Assembly (NCBI GenBank): GCA_945861465.1
Contig: CAMAVB010000004.1
Location: forward strand, 11,687 to 75,686
Direction: 5' to 3'
Origin: Candidatus Kuenenia stuttgartensis
GTDB taxonomy: Bacteria; Planctomycetota; Planctomycetia; Planctomycetales; Planctomycetaceae
DNA: 64,000 nucleotides
Shown in pieces: positions 1 through 9,822 of the stretch. The number at the start of each line of letters is the position of its first letter. The first letter of the stretch is position 1. The notes beneath the pieces are model-generated. The model was not told the origin of the DNA. It saw nothing but the letters and a program-made list of their open reading frames with translations, and searched no databases. A program made the position numbers and the translations under genes.

Positions 1-465
1 GGCGTTGAACTGGTCAAGTGGTGGCTTAGCATCAAGGTCAAGACGGGCGATTCGTTCGCCGTGCCGGTCGCGGGTTCAATCGCCGTCGGACGCTTATCGT
101 GCCTGGCTGGCGGTTGCTGTTACGGGACTCCGACGACATTGCCCTGGGCCCTGATCTTTCCGCCTGTCGATCGCCTGCCACGCCATCCGACTCAACTGTA
201 TGAATTCATGTTTCATCTGACGGCTGCAATTGTGCTCACTGCGCTGCAGAAGCGGGGCCTGTTCAGGAATCAGCTGATCAAACTGTATTTCATCGGCTAC
301 TGCGTCTATCGATTCCTGAGCGAATACGTCCGCCCGGAGGCTCGCGATGTGTTTGGACTGACAGCGTATCAGTGGACAGCGGCGGTTTTGGTCCTGCTCT
401 TCTCGTGGTTATGGTGGCGGGATACACTTTCGGACCAGGACAAGCTTCTGCGGTCGATGTCCTGA
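1..465 (+). CDS. lgt: prolipoprotein diacylglyceryl transferase, 5'-partial (continues upstream of window)
   Basis: Frame 1 is open from nt 1. GRLSCLAGGCCYGTPTTLPWALIF...RHPTQLYE matches the conserved Lgt core (G-R-x-G-x-x-x-N-G-C-C-x-G-x-P-T..PW...HPTQLYE), and hydrophobic TM segments follow. Confidence 0.85.
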   Translation, partial: GVELVKWWLSIKVKTGDSFAVPVAGSIAVGRLSCLAGGCCYGTPTTLPWALIFPPVDRLPRHPTQLYEFMFHLTAAIVLTALQKRGLFRNQLIKLYFIGYCVYRFLSEYVRPEARDVFGLTAYQWTAAVLVLLFSWLWWRDTLSDQDKLLRSMS

Positions 466-567
466 CTTGTCACGGAAGGACGATCGTCATGCTGCGGGCT
501 CCACGGCCCTTTGGAAAAATATTTTGACCAATTGTCTCACGTTTCACTACAATGCCCGCCGTGACTA

Positions 568-819
568 ATGATACTCGACAATGATCTGGAATGCTTCGCA
601 AAATTCGTCCAGGATCGCGTAAACAGCGGGTTGCCGCTGGAATCTCCGGAGGAAAGCCTTGCCGAATTCCGCGCTTGGCAAAGCGAACTTGTGACATGAA
701 GAACAGGACTTGATCAATCGCTGAAACAAGCTGCCGCCGGGGAGGCGAAGATTCTTGACAGTGAAGCGATAAAGGCTCGGGTTTTGGAACGAGTCTCCCG
801 CACGGTCGATCATACATGA
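568..819 (+). pseudogene. ParD-like antitoxin with one in-frame TGA (codon 44, nt 697-699)
   Basis: The ATG 568 frame reads MILDNDLECFAKFVQDRVNSGLPLESPEESLAEFRAWQSELVT*RTGLDQSLKQAAAGEAKILDSEAIKARVLERVSRTVDHT. The layout is ParD-family (xxLExFVxxxVxSG...). The terminal TGA overlaps the next ATG (ATGA). Confidence 0.55.
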
Positions 820-1016
820 CAAGCGTAATGTGGACCCCTTGAGCAGAAGCAGAACTGGAAGACATTGCGTTTTACATAGCAGTTCATGATGCCCGTCCGA
901 AAGTCGCGTTGAAGTTGATTGATGAGATTGTCTACGAACCGCTTGACGAAGGCATCATTGTGCATCGCGTGGCTGACGGCACGCAGGACTTTCGCAGGTT
1001 GTTCCGCGATCTCTAA
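816..1016 (+). pseudogene. ParE/RelE-family toxin remnant (frameshifted, internally deleted)
   Basis: ATG 816 gives MTSVMWTP then a stop. The next frame continues AEAELEDIAFYIAVHDARPKVALKLIDEI then VYEPLDEGIIVHRVADGTQDFRRLFRDL*. These are the ParE N-terminal and C-terminal signatures, but the central ~35 aa are missing. Confidence 0.5.
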
Positions 1017-1163
1017 GTCTTTGGACGAGTCTTCGATTCACGGCAATCAAGGATGTCGGGTGACTTTCGCTGCCAGTCTGTCACAATTCCGTGTCTGAAC
1101 GGGCTTCAAAACCCGGTTTTCGAGTTTGACGACGTATTTTAAGACGAACAGCGAGACGAAACC

Positions 1164-2336
1164 GTGATTCGACTGAACGAAGATAAAGCGATCCGCCGCG
1201 TGATGGATCTGATCGGGATTTCCGGAGGCAGCGGCCAGGAACAGGATGTTTCGGCCTGGCTTCAAAAGGCAATGATGGAAGCCGGAGTTCCGGCATCGGC
1301 GATTTCGATTGACACGGCCCACAAGAAGAGTCCTGCTGGCGGCACGACGGGCAACTTGATTGTGAAGCTCAAGGGAACTTTCAAAGGGCCTCGTCGATTG
1401 TTAATGGCGCACATGGACACTGTGCCTCTGTGTGATGGATGTCAGCCCGTTCGTGAAGGAGAGTGGATTCGTCCGAAGTCAAAAGACACCGCGCTCGGAG
1501 GTGACAATCGCGCGGGCTGTGCAGTGGTTCTCACGGCGATTCTGGAAACGCTCAGTCAGGGGCTCGACTATCCGCCACTGACTCTGCTCTTCACGGTCCA
1601 GGAAGAAACCGGGCTGCGGGGGGCTCGGTATCTGAATTCTGGCAAACTTGGCAAGCCGGAGTTGTGCTTCAACTGGGACGGGCGAGATCCCAACAGTCTA
1701 ATCACTGGAGCTGTCGGAGCGAACAATCTGGCGATTCGCATTGAGGGCATCGCCAGTCACGCCGGTGCTCATCCGGAGGACGGAGTCAACGCAGCGGTGG
1801 TGGCATCTATCGCGATAGCGCAGCTGCAGAAAACCGGATGGCATGGACTCGTACGCAAAGGCAGAAGTCGCGGTTCGAGTAATCTCGGAATCATTCATGG
1901 CGGCGATGCGACCAATGTGGTGATGCCGTTGGTGAAAATTCAGGCAGAAGCGCGCAGCCACGACCGTAAGTTCCGACAGCAAATTGTCGATGCCTGGCGC
2001 GATGCCTTCGAAACGGCCGTCAAGAGTGTCTCGAACGCAAATGGGCAATGCGGAACTTTGAAATTTGAAGAAGACGTCCGATACGAAGCGTTCCGGATCG
2101 ACGATAACAGCGAATGCGTGCTGGTGGCAAAATCAGCGTCTGAATCCGTCGGCCTGAAACCCGTTCCTCAGGTCTGCGATGGCGGCCTTGATGCCAACTG
2201 GATGGCCCTGCATGGCTACCCCGCCGTGACGATGGGTTGTGGTCAACACGAAATTCACACGGTGAAGGAACGACTGTTCATCCCGGAGTATCTTGCGGCA
2301 TGCAAAGCAGGACTGGCATTGGCGACGGGAACGTAG
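1164..2336 (+). CDS. M20/M42-type metallopeptidase (PepT-like)
   Basis: 390-aa ORF with MAHMDTVP, GGDNRAGCAV and FTVQEETGLRGA metal-ligand motifs typical of M20/M42 peptidases. Confidence 0.8.
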   Translation: MIRLNEDKAIRRVMDLIGISGGSGQEQDVSAWLQKAMMEAGVPASAISIDTAHKKSPAGGTTGNLIVKLKGTFKGPRRLLMAHMDTVPLCDGCQPVREGEWIRPKSKDTALGGDNRAGCAVVLTAILETLSQGLDYPPLTLLFTVQEETGLRGARYLNSGKLGKPELCFNWDGRDPNSLITGAVGANNLAIRIEGIASHAGAHPEDGVNAAVVASIAIAQLQKTGWHGLVRKGRSRGSSNLGIIHGGDATNVVMPLVKIQAEARSHDRKFRQQIVDAWRDAFETAVKSVSNANGQCGTLKFEEDVRYEAFRIDDNSECVLVAKSASESVGLKPVPQVCDGGLDANWMALHGYPAVTMGCGQHEIHTVKERLFIPEYLAACKAGLALATGT

Positions 2337-2361
2337 GTCGAGAATAATCCCGGCCCCCGCA

Positions 2362-3729
2362 TCAGCCGGCAGGACGTATCTCGTCCAGCGATTCAACCTT
2401 CGGCGTTGGTAGACGGTAAAGGTGTTCCCGGGTGCAGGGCATTCCGGAGACGCCGCGTTTGCCCTGGTTTGTAGCGACGGTTTGATAGAGACGCGCCCCG
2501 CCATCTCCCAGTGCGAACACGCAGCCAGTCAGATACAGTGTCCACATGCGAAACTTCTCAACGCCGACCTGGCGAATCGCCTCTTCCCGGTTGGCCTCAA
2601 GTCGCTGGACCCAGTGACGACAAGTCATGGAATAGTGATCTCGCCAGCCTTCGACGTCATGCACATCAAAGCCCGCCGCCTCCATACACTGAATCATGTG
2701 GCCGAGATGATCGAGTTCGCCGCCAGGAAAGATGTACTTTGCCAATAACCGGCGTTCAGGTGACATGTGGCGAAATTTTTTGTCCGACATCTTGCCGGGA
2801 CGAGTAATTCCGTGATTCAGAAAAAGCCCGCGATCTCGCAGCAGACTTCGGACTTTCGTCATGTACCCGGCCATGTTGTCGATACCAACATGTTCAACCA
2901 TGCCGACACTGGAGATCTTGTCGAACGTGCCTTCAAGGTTTTGATAATCGCAGTACTCGACCGTTACAAGGTCCTGCAGCCCCTGTGTCACGATTTTCTG
3001 TTGCGTCAAGGCCAGCTGTGCTCGGGATAACGTGATTCCGTGAGCCTTGACTCCGTAGTTCTGTGCGGCATAGCAAATCAGAGCGCCCCAGCCGCAGCCG
3101 ATGTCCAGATATTTTTCACCTGGTTGCAGCTGCAGCTTGCGGCAAATCATGTCCAGCTTGTTCAATTGCGCTTGCTCCAATGATTCATTCCAATCATGAA
3201 AATACGCACAGGAGTAGAGCATTTGTTTGTCGAGGAACAGACGGTAAAAGTCGTTGCTGACATCGTAATGAAACTGAATAAAGTCGGAATTCTCTCCGTG
3301 CGCCCGTTTCAATCCAGATTCGTCGCCTCGATACACATGGTCAACGGTCGTTGATTCGCCTGGAGCGGTGAGAAAGGCGGTTGCAAATCTGAACAACAGC
3401 CCAAGTGGAAGGTCTCGACTCTTCTTCCGGCTGTTCTTGACTCGCGCTTTCTCAATCAGAGTCAACAGGTCGGCACCTGCGTATCCGATCGAACCTCTTG
3501 CATACAGTCGCAACAATGTATCGGCAGTCGGCCACCGCAGAAACGCACCAGCAACGCCCGGGCCTGAGATCGAGATTTCCAGACCAGGCTCAACGTTCTC
3601 ACCAAGTGGAATCAGCGAGCCGTCCCACAGGCGGACTGAAACAGCGGTATTCAGACGAGGCCGCAAATAGTCGGCCAGTTCTTTTGCCAGGCGGAGTTGT
3701 TTCTGCTCCCGATACTCTTTGCTGCTCAT
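2362..3729 (-). CDS. cyclopropane-fatty-acyl-phospholipid synthase family SAM methyltransferase
   Basis: LDIGCGWGAL SAM motif, YSCAYF and HYDVSNDFY motifs of the CFA synthase/mycolic acid MT family. Start moved to ATG 3729 (MSSKEYREQ...), preceded by GGAG. The upstream part of the ORF has no family match. Confidence 0.85.
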   Translation of the reverse strand: MSSKEYREQKQLRLAKELADYLRPRLNTAVSVRLWDGSLIPLGENVEPGLEISISGPGVAGAFLRWPTADTLLRLYARGSIGYAGADLLTLIEKARVKNSRKKSRDLPLGLLFRFATAFLTAPGESTTVDHVYRGDESGLKRAHGENSDFIQFHYDVSNDFYRLFLDKQMLYSCAYFHDWNESLEQAQLNKLDMICRKLQLQPGEKYLDIGCGWGALICYAAQNYGVKAHGITLSRAQLALTQQKIVTQGLQDLVTVEYCDYQNLEGTFDKISSVGMVEHVGIDNMAGYMTKVRSLLRDRGLFLNHGITRPGKMSDKKFRHMSPERRLLAKYIFPGGELDHLGHMIQCMEAAGFDVHDVEGWRDHYSMTCRHWVQRLEANREEAIRQVGVEKFRMWTLYLTGCVFALGDGGARLYQTVATNQGKRGVSGMPCTREHLYRLPTPKVESLDEIRPAG

Positions 3730-4133
3730 TTCGAGTGCTCCGTAACGCGAAGTTCTGCATGATTTCGGGACATCCAGAATGATCTGGCCCAGTTTGGAGT
3801 TTGAATCGTGATAGATTATAGTCCGGTAAGTCAACCCGACTTCGCAGTCTATCTGGGCCATTCCTTCTACCAGTCGTGTTTTCGCTCGGTCGCATATTTC
3901 CAAGCGGTAAATCACGCATCAGGCTCAGAAAACAGTCAGCATGAAGTCTAAACTCAGGACTTGCGATCAGCAGCAAATCTGCCGAATGTGGCTTTGAATT
4001 CGTCCGGATGCCGACCGGTTCTTCTCACGGTCGCGCGATGCTTTCGCTGATGCCTGTCAAATCGTTATGCTCCGTGAACTTTAACTGGCGGGACGGACCC
4101 GCCGAGAGCAGTCTCCTGACCCACAGGCTCTCT

Positions 4134-5210
4134 ATGACCAACTCGGCCTTCAAAGTTCATCTTCAAGAAATGCGAACGGTGATTGAGGCTGCGCTGGTGG
4201 AAACACTGGATCGCAGTGAGTGGCCGAACGCCCTGAAATCTGCTGTCGAATACAGTCTGATGGCGGGTGGAAAGCGGTTGCGACCAGTGTTGGTCCTGCT
4301 AGCAAATGAGGTATGCGGCGGCAGGCAGGAAGACGCGATTCCGGCGGCTTGTGCGATCGAAATGGTTCACACGTATTCGCTCATTCATGACGACCTGCCG
4401 TCGATGGATGATGACGACTTTCGCCGTGGCCGACTGACAAGCCATAAAGTATTCGGCGAGGCGCTCGCAATTCTGGCGGGTGACTGCCTGTTGACGCTGG
4501 CGTTTGAGACTATCGCGACGCAAATCACCGGGGCAGGAGAAATCAATGGCCTGCAGATCGCCGAACAGTTGCGAATCCTGGCTTCAGCCGCTGGCGGATC
4601 AGGCATGGTCGGTGGTCAGGTGCTGGATCTGGAAGCAGAACGCGGGGCCTTTGTAAACCTCGAAAATGCTGAAATGCACATACAGCACGCAGAGAAACAC
4701 GGTTGCGAGTCGGGGGCGGCTGCGGTTCAGAAGGCAGTGGATTCTGCGGATTTCCCCAATGTTCACGGCGAAACATCGACCTCTATTCCTGATTTTCGTC
4801 AGAACAATTCCAACCGAACGACAGCGTCTCGCGTAGTACTACTCAGTCAAATCCATAGAATGAAGACCGGGGCGTTGATCGCAGGGGCGCTGGAACTGGG
4901 TGCAGCAACGTCATCGGCAGATGCGGACAGCAGGAATCGCCTTCAACATTTTGGCCATTGCATTGGATTGGCGTTTCAAATTGCTGACGATCTGCTGGAT
5001 GTGACTGGCGACCAAACCAAGCTTGGCAAAAAATCAGGCCGCGATGCAGATCTTGGAAAACTCACGTATCCCGGTTTGCTGGGAATCGAAAGCAGCCGCG
5101 CGAAGGCTGAACAACTGGTGCAGGAAGCATGTGATGCGGTCGCCGACTTTGGTGATCGTAGCCGCTGGCTAAGGGAACTGGCCCGGTTTATGGTGGAACG
5201 AGATCACTAA
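4134..5210 (+). CDS. ispA: polyprenyl (farnesyl/geranylgeranyl) diphosphate synthase with internal insertion
   Basis: FARM IHDDLPSMDDDDFRRG and SARM FQIADDLLD motifs, plus KTGALI. Start set at ATG 4134 (MTNSAFKV...). It sits directly upstream of dxs, as in the classic ispA-dxs arrangement. Confidence 0.85.
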   Translation: MTNSAFKVHLQEMRTVIEAALVETLDRSEWPNALKSAVEYSLMAGGKRLRPVLVLLANEVCGGRQEDAIPAACAIEMVHTYSLIHDDLPSMDDDDFRRGRLTSHKVFGEALAILAGDCLLTLAFETIATQITGAGEINGLQIAEQLRILASAAGGSGMVGGQVLDLEAERGAFVNLENAEMHIQHAEKHGCESGAAAVQKAVDSADFPNVHGETSTSIPDFRQNNSNRTTASRVVLLSQIHRMKTGALIAGALELGAATSSADADSRNRLQHFGHCIGLAFQIADDLLDVTGDQTKLGKKSGRDADLGKLTYPGLLGIESSRAKAEQLVQEACDAVADFGDRSRWLRELARFMVERDH

Positions 5211-5267
5211 GCGGAATGGCGATAGCCCCCGGTAACTGTTTTGGAAAACACAGCAATAGAGACAAGA

Positions 5268-7169
5268 ATGTCATTTGAAATTCTCAGCGGCATCCGATCC
5301 CCGAAAGACCTGAACGCACTGAGCGAGACGGAGCTTGTCCAGTTGTCGGATGACATTCGTGAAGCGTTGCTCACAATTGTGTCCGACCGAGCGGCACACT
5401 TTGCCAGCAATCTGGGCGTAGTTGAACTCTGCATCGCGCTGCATCTGACATTTGATTTTTCAAAGGACCGTCTGATCTGGGACACGGGCCATCAGATTTA
5501 TCCTCACAAGCTGATCACCGGACGTTTTGATCAGTTCTCAAGCATTCGTCGTCGTGGCGGATTGATGGGATACCCGAACCCCGCAGAAAGTGACTACGAT
5601 CTCTTCGTCACCGGCCACGCCGGCAGCAGCGTCTCGACGGTCCTTGGCATGAAAGCGGCTGACGATCTGCTTTTCAAAGACGGTCGAAAATCTGTTGCAG
5701 TCATCGGTGATGGCGCGCTGCCGTCGGGGATTGTCTTTGAAGCCATGAATAACGCTGCCGGTCTCGATAAAGATCTGCTGGTGATTCTGAACGATAACAA
5801 GATGGGCATCTGTCCCCGAGTCGGCGGACTGGCAAGTTATCTGGACAAGGCCAGAATTGCTCCCTTCTACAATGGACTGAAGCGAGATGTCTCCTGGCTG
5901 TTGAATAAAGTACCGCTGGTTGGTGAATCCACTGAGAAGATGCTGGGAGGTTTCAAGGATGCATTGAAATCATTCCTCCACGGCGGGATGTTGTTCGAAG
6001 AAATGGGCTTCCGCTATATCGGCCCGGTCGACGGGCACGACATAAAATCGCTGCGTCGCTATCTGGAACTGGTTCGCGATGTAAAGGGCCCGGTTTTGCT
6101 GCATGTCTTCACCGAAAAAGGCCATGGCTTCGAGCCAGCTTGCAAGGATCCGGTAAAGTTTCATACTCCTTCGCCGTTCAAACGAGATACCGACAATGAA
6201 ATCGTACCGGTCAGGAATTCGTCGGAGATTTCATACACTGAGCTCATGTCTGATGCGATTCAGGCTGCGATGTGCGAAGACGAGCGGGTCTGCGTACTCA
6301 CCGCCGCCATGTGTGCCGGTAACAAGCTGGAACGGATCCGCGACGAATTCCCCGATCGATTCTTCGACACGGGCATCTGCGAGAGCCACGCCGTTGCGTT
6401 TGCCGGGGGCATGGCCAAGTCGGGTATGAAACCGATTGTGGACATCTACAGTACGTTCCTGCAGCGCAGCTTTGACCAGATCTTCCAGGAAGTCGCCCTA
6501 CAGGATCTTCCGGTGGTCTTCTGTCTCGATCGAGCTGGCCTGTGTGGCCCGGACGGCCCGACTCATCACGGTGTGTTTGACAACAGCTATATGCGTATCT
6601 TTCCGAACATGATTGTGACTGCACCTGGTGACGAGCTGGAAATCCGGGCGATGCTGGATTTCGCCCTGGAAAGCACGTCACCAGTCTCGATTCGCTATCC
6701 AAAGACGAAAGCAGTACAAGTCGCGCGCGACGTGGCACCTGTTGAACTGGGAAAGGCTGAAGTCCTGTCATGGGGCCAGGACGGGAATATCCTTTCCTGC
6801 GGCACAATGCTGTCGCAGGCCGTTGCCGCTGCGGAACAACTTCGCAGCGAAGGTCTCAGTGTCGGCGTTGTGAACGCGCGATTCGTCAAACCCGTCGATG
6901 ATGTCGTCATTGCCAAAGCGTCTGCCAAGGGCTTCGTGATCACGATCGAAGAGAACGCTCTCATGGGGGGATTTGGCAGTGCTGTCCTGGAATCTGCCAA
7001 TCGCCAAATGCTCAACACCGAACGTTTCCGCATTCTCGCCATCCCCGACGCATTCGTCGAACACGGCGACCGCGATGAGTTGTTGGCAGAACTCGGCCTG
7101 GATGCCAATGGGCTCGTTCGTGCGGCAAAAGATCTCTGCCGGGACCACGCATCAACCGACGTCCGGTGA
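5268..7169 (+). CDS. dxs: 1-deoxy-D-xylulose-5-phosphate synthase
   Basis: Full-length Dxs architecture: N-terminal LSxxELxxLxxxIR, GHxGSS TPP-binding region, GDGAL..G, and transketolase pyrimidine and C-terminal domains. Start at ATG 5268 (MSFEILSGI). Confidence 0.95.
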   Translation: MSFEILSGIRSPKDLNALSETELVQLSDDIREALLTIVSDRAAHFASNLGVVELCIALHLTFDFSKDRLIWDTGHQIYPHKLITGRFDQFSSIRRRGGLMGYPNPAESDYDLFVTGHAGSSVSTVLGMKAADDLLFKDGRKSVAVIGDGALPSGIVFEAMNNAAGLDKDLLVILNDNKMGICPRVGGLASYLDKARIAPFYNGLKRDVSWLLNKVPLVGESTEKMLGGFKDALKSFLHGGMLFEEMGFRYIGPVDGHDIKSLRRYLELVRDVKGPVLLHVFTEKGHGFEPACKDPVKFHTPSPFKRDTDNEIVPVRNSSEISYTELMSDAIQAAMCEDERVCVLTAAMCAGNKLERIRDEFPDRFFDTGICESHAVAFAGGMAKSGMKPIVDIYSTFLQRSFDQIFQEVALQDLPVVFCLDRAGLCGPDGPTHHGVFDNSYMRIFPNMIVTAPGDELEIRAMLDFALESTSPVSIRYPKTKAVQVARDVAPVELGKAEVLSWGQDGNILSCGTMLSQAVAAAEQLRSEGLSVGVVNARFVKPVDDVVIAKASAKGFVITIEENALMGGFGSAVLESANRQMLNTERFRILAIPDAFVEHGDRDELLAELGLDANGLVRAAKDLCRDHASTDVR

Positions 7170-7385
7170 TGAAGCAGCCGAAGCGGAACCGGGCTGGATA
7201 CATTCGCGGGTCACCTGGCGGGCGGCTTTCCACGCATGCCGAATTGTGAACAATCGTGATTCAATCTGCTCAGCGGTGAAATATCGCCCGTGCTCGCTGG
7301 GCGGCAGTCCGGCCAAAGTCAAAGTCAGCGGAAGAAGGTCAAGGAACTCCTTATATTTCCGCTGAACGTCGCTGGGATCTGCCAT
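7152..7385 (-). CDS. small hypothetical protein
   Basis: 77-aa ORF with an ATG start, co-directional with and 90 nt downstream of the FHA gene. No recognisable motif. It overlaps the 3' end of dxs convergently by 18 nt. Confidence 0.4.
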   Translation of the reverse strand: MADPSDVQRKYKEFLDLLPLTLTLAGLPPSEHGRYFTAEQIESRLFTIRHAWKAARQVTRECIQPGSASAASSPDVG

Positions 7386-7475
7386 GGCGTGTTTCCAGAA
7401 TTGAAGAAGTCAAATGACCGCGAGCCTGGCGAACAATTCGCAAAGCCCGCTGATGAATCATGCAGGATCAACAGC

Positions 7476-8336
7476 TTACCGTCGCCCCCTGTACTGTTTG
7501 ATAATCGCATCCGCAGCACCTGTTGGCTTTTCGGTATCCTTGTGCGATGATCCCGAACTGCCCTTGGCGACGTCAGATTCTTTCGCACCTGTATCTTCGG
7601 GATTTGGCAGGATGACGGCCGGTCCGGCTGCCGCAGAAGCTTCAGGTGCCGCTGGGGGAGCCTGCATTGTTCCTCCCTGCATCGGATAGCCCATTTGCGG
7701 CATCATTTGCGGGTACATCTGCGGGTACATCTGCCCGTAACCTGGCATCATTGGCTGCTGATACGGATACCCGCCGGGGTACATCTGGGGCATCATCTGT
7801 TGATACGGATACTGGTTTGGCATCATCTGAGGCATGTTCAACATCGTAGTGTCGGCGACATTCACCACCGGAACCGGCTGCGTCGGCGCCACCTGATTCT
7901 GAACCGTCGAAGCAACCACCGGCGACAATGCCGGCAATTCGTAGACTGTCTTGTCTGTGAATTGAGTATCTTCGCTGGAGACTGCCGACATTGATGGCAG
8001 CACAGCACTGTCAGATTCGGCAGCAGTGACGCCTGGTCGGATGAAAAGCTCAAATTCCAGGTTGCCGATGACAATTTTGTCGCCTGCGACCAGAACAACG
8101 TCCTTCCGGATGCGTTCGCCGTTCACCAGTGTGCCATTTGTACTGCCCAAGTCTCTCAGTCGGACGGAATAATCGTCCACGCTGAACACACAATGATGGC
8201 GACTGACCATTTCGCTGTTCGGACGCAGTTGGCAATCCTGTTCGCGACCGATCAGGAATTTGCGGCGATTCAACGGAATCACTTGGCCGACGTGTTTGCC
8301 GCCGACAACTCTCAGTTCCGCAGAAACCATTATCAT
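7476..8336 (-). CDS. FHA-domain protein with M/P/Q/Y-rich low-complexity tail
   Basis: N-terminal FHA signature (FLIGREQDCQLR...VSRHHCVF...LRDLGSTNGTLVNGERI). ATG 8336 is preceded by GGAG. Confidence 0.85.
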   Translation of the reverse strand: MIMVSAELRVVGGKHVGQVIPLNRRKFLIGREQDCQLRPNSEMVSRHHCVFSVDDYSVRLRDLGSTNGTLVNGERIRKDVVLVAGDKIVIGNLEFELFIRPGVTAAESDSAVLPSMSAVSSEDTQFTDKTVYELPALSPVVASTVQNQVAPTQPVPVVNVADTTMLNMPQMMPNQYPYQQMMPQMYPGGYPYQQPMMPGYGQMYPQMYPQMMPQMGYPMQGGTMQAPPAAPEASAAAGPAVILPNPEDTGAKESDVAKGSSGSSHKDTEKPTGAADAIIKQYRGRR

Positions 8337-8756
8337 GGTGCTCCGAAGCAATGAATACCGTTCCGAAATGCATGCGAACAGAGGATCTCGGAGTAGTTGA
8401 CAGGTTAAGTTCGCGAATTGAATATCAATTTAACAATCCAGCGTAAGTCTGCCAGCATCAAATACCGTTCACGGGAAACAAATTGCGATTTTTAATCCCT
8501 CGATCGGTCCTGTCCGTTAAAGTCCGCCAGTGTGCGGTCTATCAGCGACGGAACCGTTTGAGCGGAGTCAAACGTTAAAAACACGGCGAAAAGCGAGGGT
8601 TTCAGAAAATCGTATCTGCAGCCGACCTGAGTGCTGCAGCGCGTGTTGCTACAACTTCTTTACTGTCGCGACAATAGACTGGTCAGCCTTTGATGCTGAA
8701 ACGGCCATTCTTCGTCTTCATCAGCTGGATTTCCCGAAGGTCTACGTTAACAAGTT

Positions 8757-9521
8757 TCATCTTATTTCCGACGCAATTGTTGCGGCGAGTGATTGCTCCG
8801 CGTCTGTATAACTTCGAAGATTCATCGAATGGCCGATGGAACTGGCAATCATGCCGGGCAATGATTGCCGGAAATCGGTGTCCGAAAAGTTCGGTTCAAG
8901 TTCTTCGATTCCCGGTATCTGCGGCACCACTCGCGATGCTTTCAGAATGATGCTGCCATGCTGGAGCGTCACACCTTTACGTCGTCGCTGTGCGCTGCCA
9001 ACGATCTTGTTGCCGGATGCATGTACGATATCGTTCGCGTTCTTTCGCAGAAAACAAAGAAACGGTTCAACTGCGATGCCATTGTTGCTGACAGCCTGAT
9101 TGGAACTCATCGCATCGAACTCGCTGCGCAGTTGACATGGCACACCCGCGTTGGACAACAGTTTGATAATCGCCCGATGGACTGTTTGATAAACAGCAGA
9201 CGGATCCGGGCGCGCTGGATGTGAAACCGGCAACACGAGTGAGTAAGTAACCTCCTGATCGTGCAAAATCGCTCCACCACCGCTCAATCGCCGGACGACC
9301 GGGATCCCCGGAAATGGCGATTCCACTGCCGGCCCTGATCCCTGAAAATACCCCAGCGTCACCGTCGGCCCAGACCATTGATAAATGCGGACGACACTCC
9401 GTTCGCGTTCTGCTGCCAACTGGAGCAAAGCGGCATCCATCGACATGTTGAAGACCCCGCTATACGGAATCTCATCGACAATGACATCGACATCAGGAAG
9501 TTCCGTTCTGACACTGGCCAT
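8757..9521 (-). CDS. lipoate-protein ligase / octanoyltransferase family (BPL_LplA_LipB) protein
   Basis: VRIYQWSGPTVTLGYFQ, RRLSGGGAILHD, NDI...GNKIVGSAQRR and LQHGSIIL motifs of the LplA/LipB catalytic domain. Confidence 0.8.
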   Translation of the reverse strand: MASVRTELPDVDVIVDEIPYSGVFNMSMDAALLQLAAERERSVVRIYQWSGPTVTLGYFQGSGPAVESPFPGIPVVRRLSGGGAILHDQEVTYSLVLPVSHPARPDPSAVYQTVHRAIIKLLSNAGVPCQLRSEFDAMSSNQAVSNNGIAVEPFLCFLRKNANDIVHASGNKIVGSAQRRRKGVTLQHGSIILKASRVVPQIPGIEELEPNFSDTDFRQSLPGMIASSIGHSMNLRSYTDAEQSLAATIASEIR

Positions 9522-9550
9522 CTGGGTTACTGATCCTGTAGATTCCGTGC

Positions 9551-9787
9551 ATGACAGACGAAAATGAACGCAACTTCGGACCTCAACCGATCGCCGACCT
9601 CATGCAGCAACTGCAATTGAAGTCACATGATCTCGTTCTGGCATCCACGGAACAACTGACTCACAAGATGGTCGCGCGGGCCATCAAAGGACGACGTCTG
9701 ACCAGTAATAGTAAGGGCATCGTACAGCGGGCGATGAATCAGGCAACCGGCAACGTCTACAAGCAGGTGCAGTTGTTCAATTATTGA
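9551..9787 (+). CDS. small hypothetical protein
   Basis: 78-aa ATG ORF in an otherwise empty interval. No motif recognised. Confidence 0.35.
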   Translation: MTDENERNFGPQPIADLMQQLQLKSHDLVLASTEQLTHKMVARAIKGRRLTSNSKGIVQRAMNQATGNVYKQVQLFNY

Positions 9788-9822
9788 GATACCCACACAG
9801 ATTGTCAGGTCGGAACAATTCG

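Noticed and set aside
470-865. Minus-strand ORFs 470-865 and 565-822
   Set aside because: They are antisense to a plus-strand reading frame with clear ParD/ParE similarity, and they have no motifs of their own.
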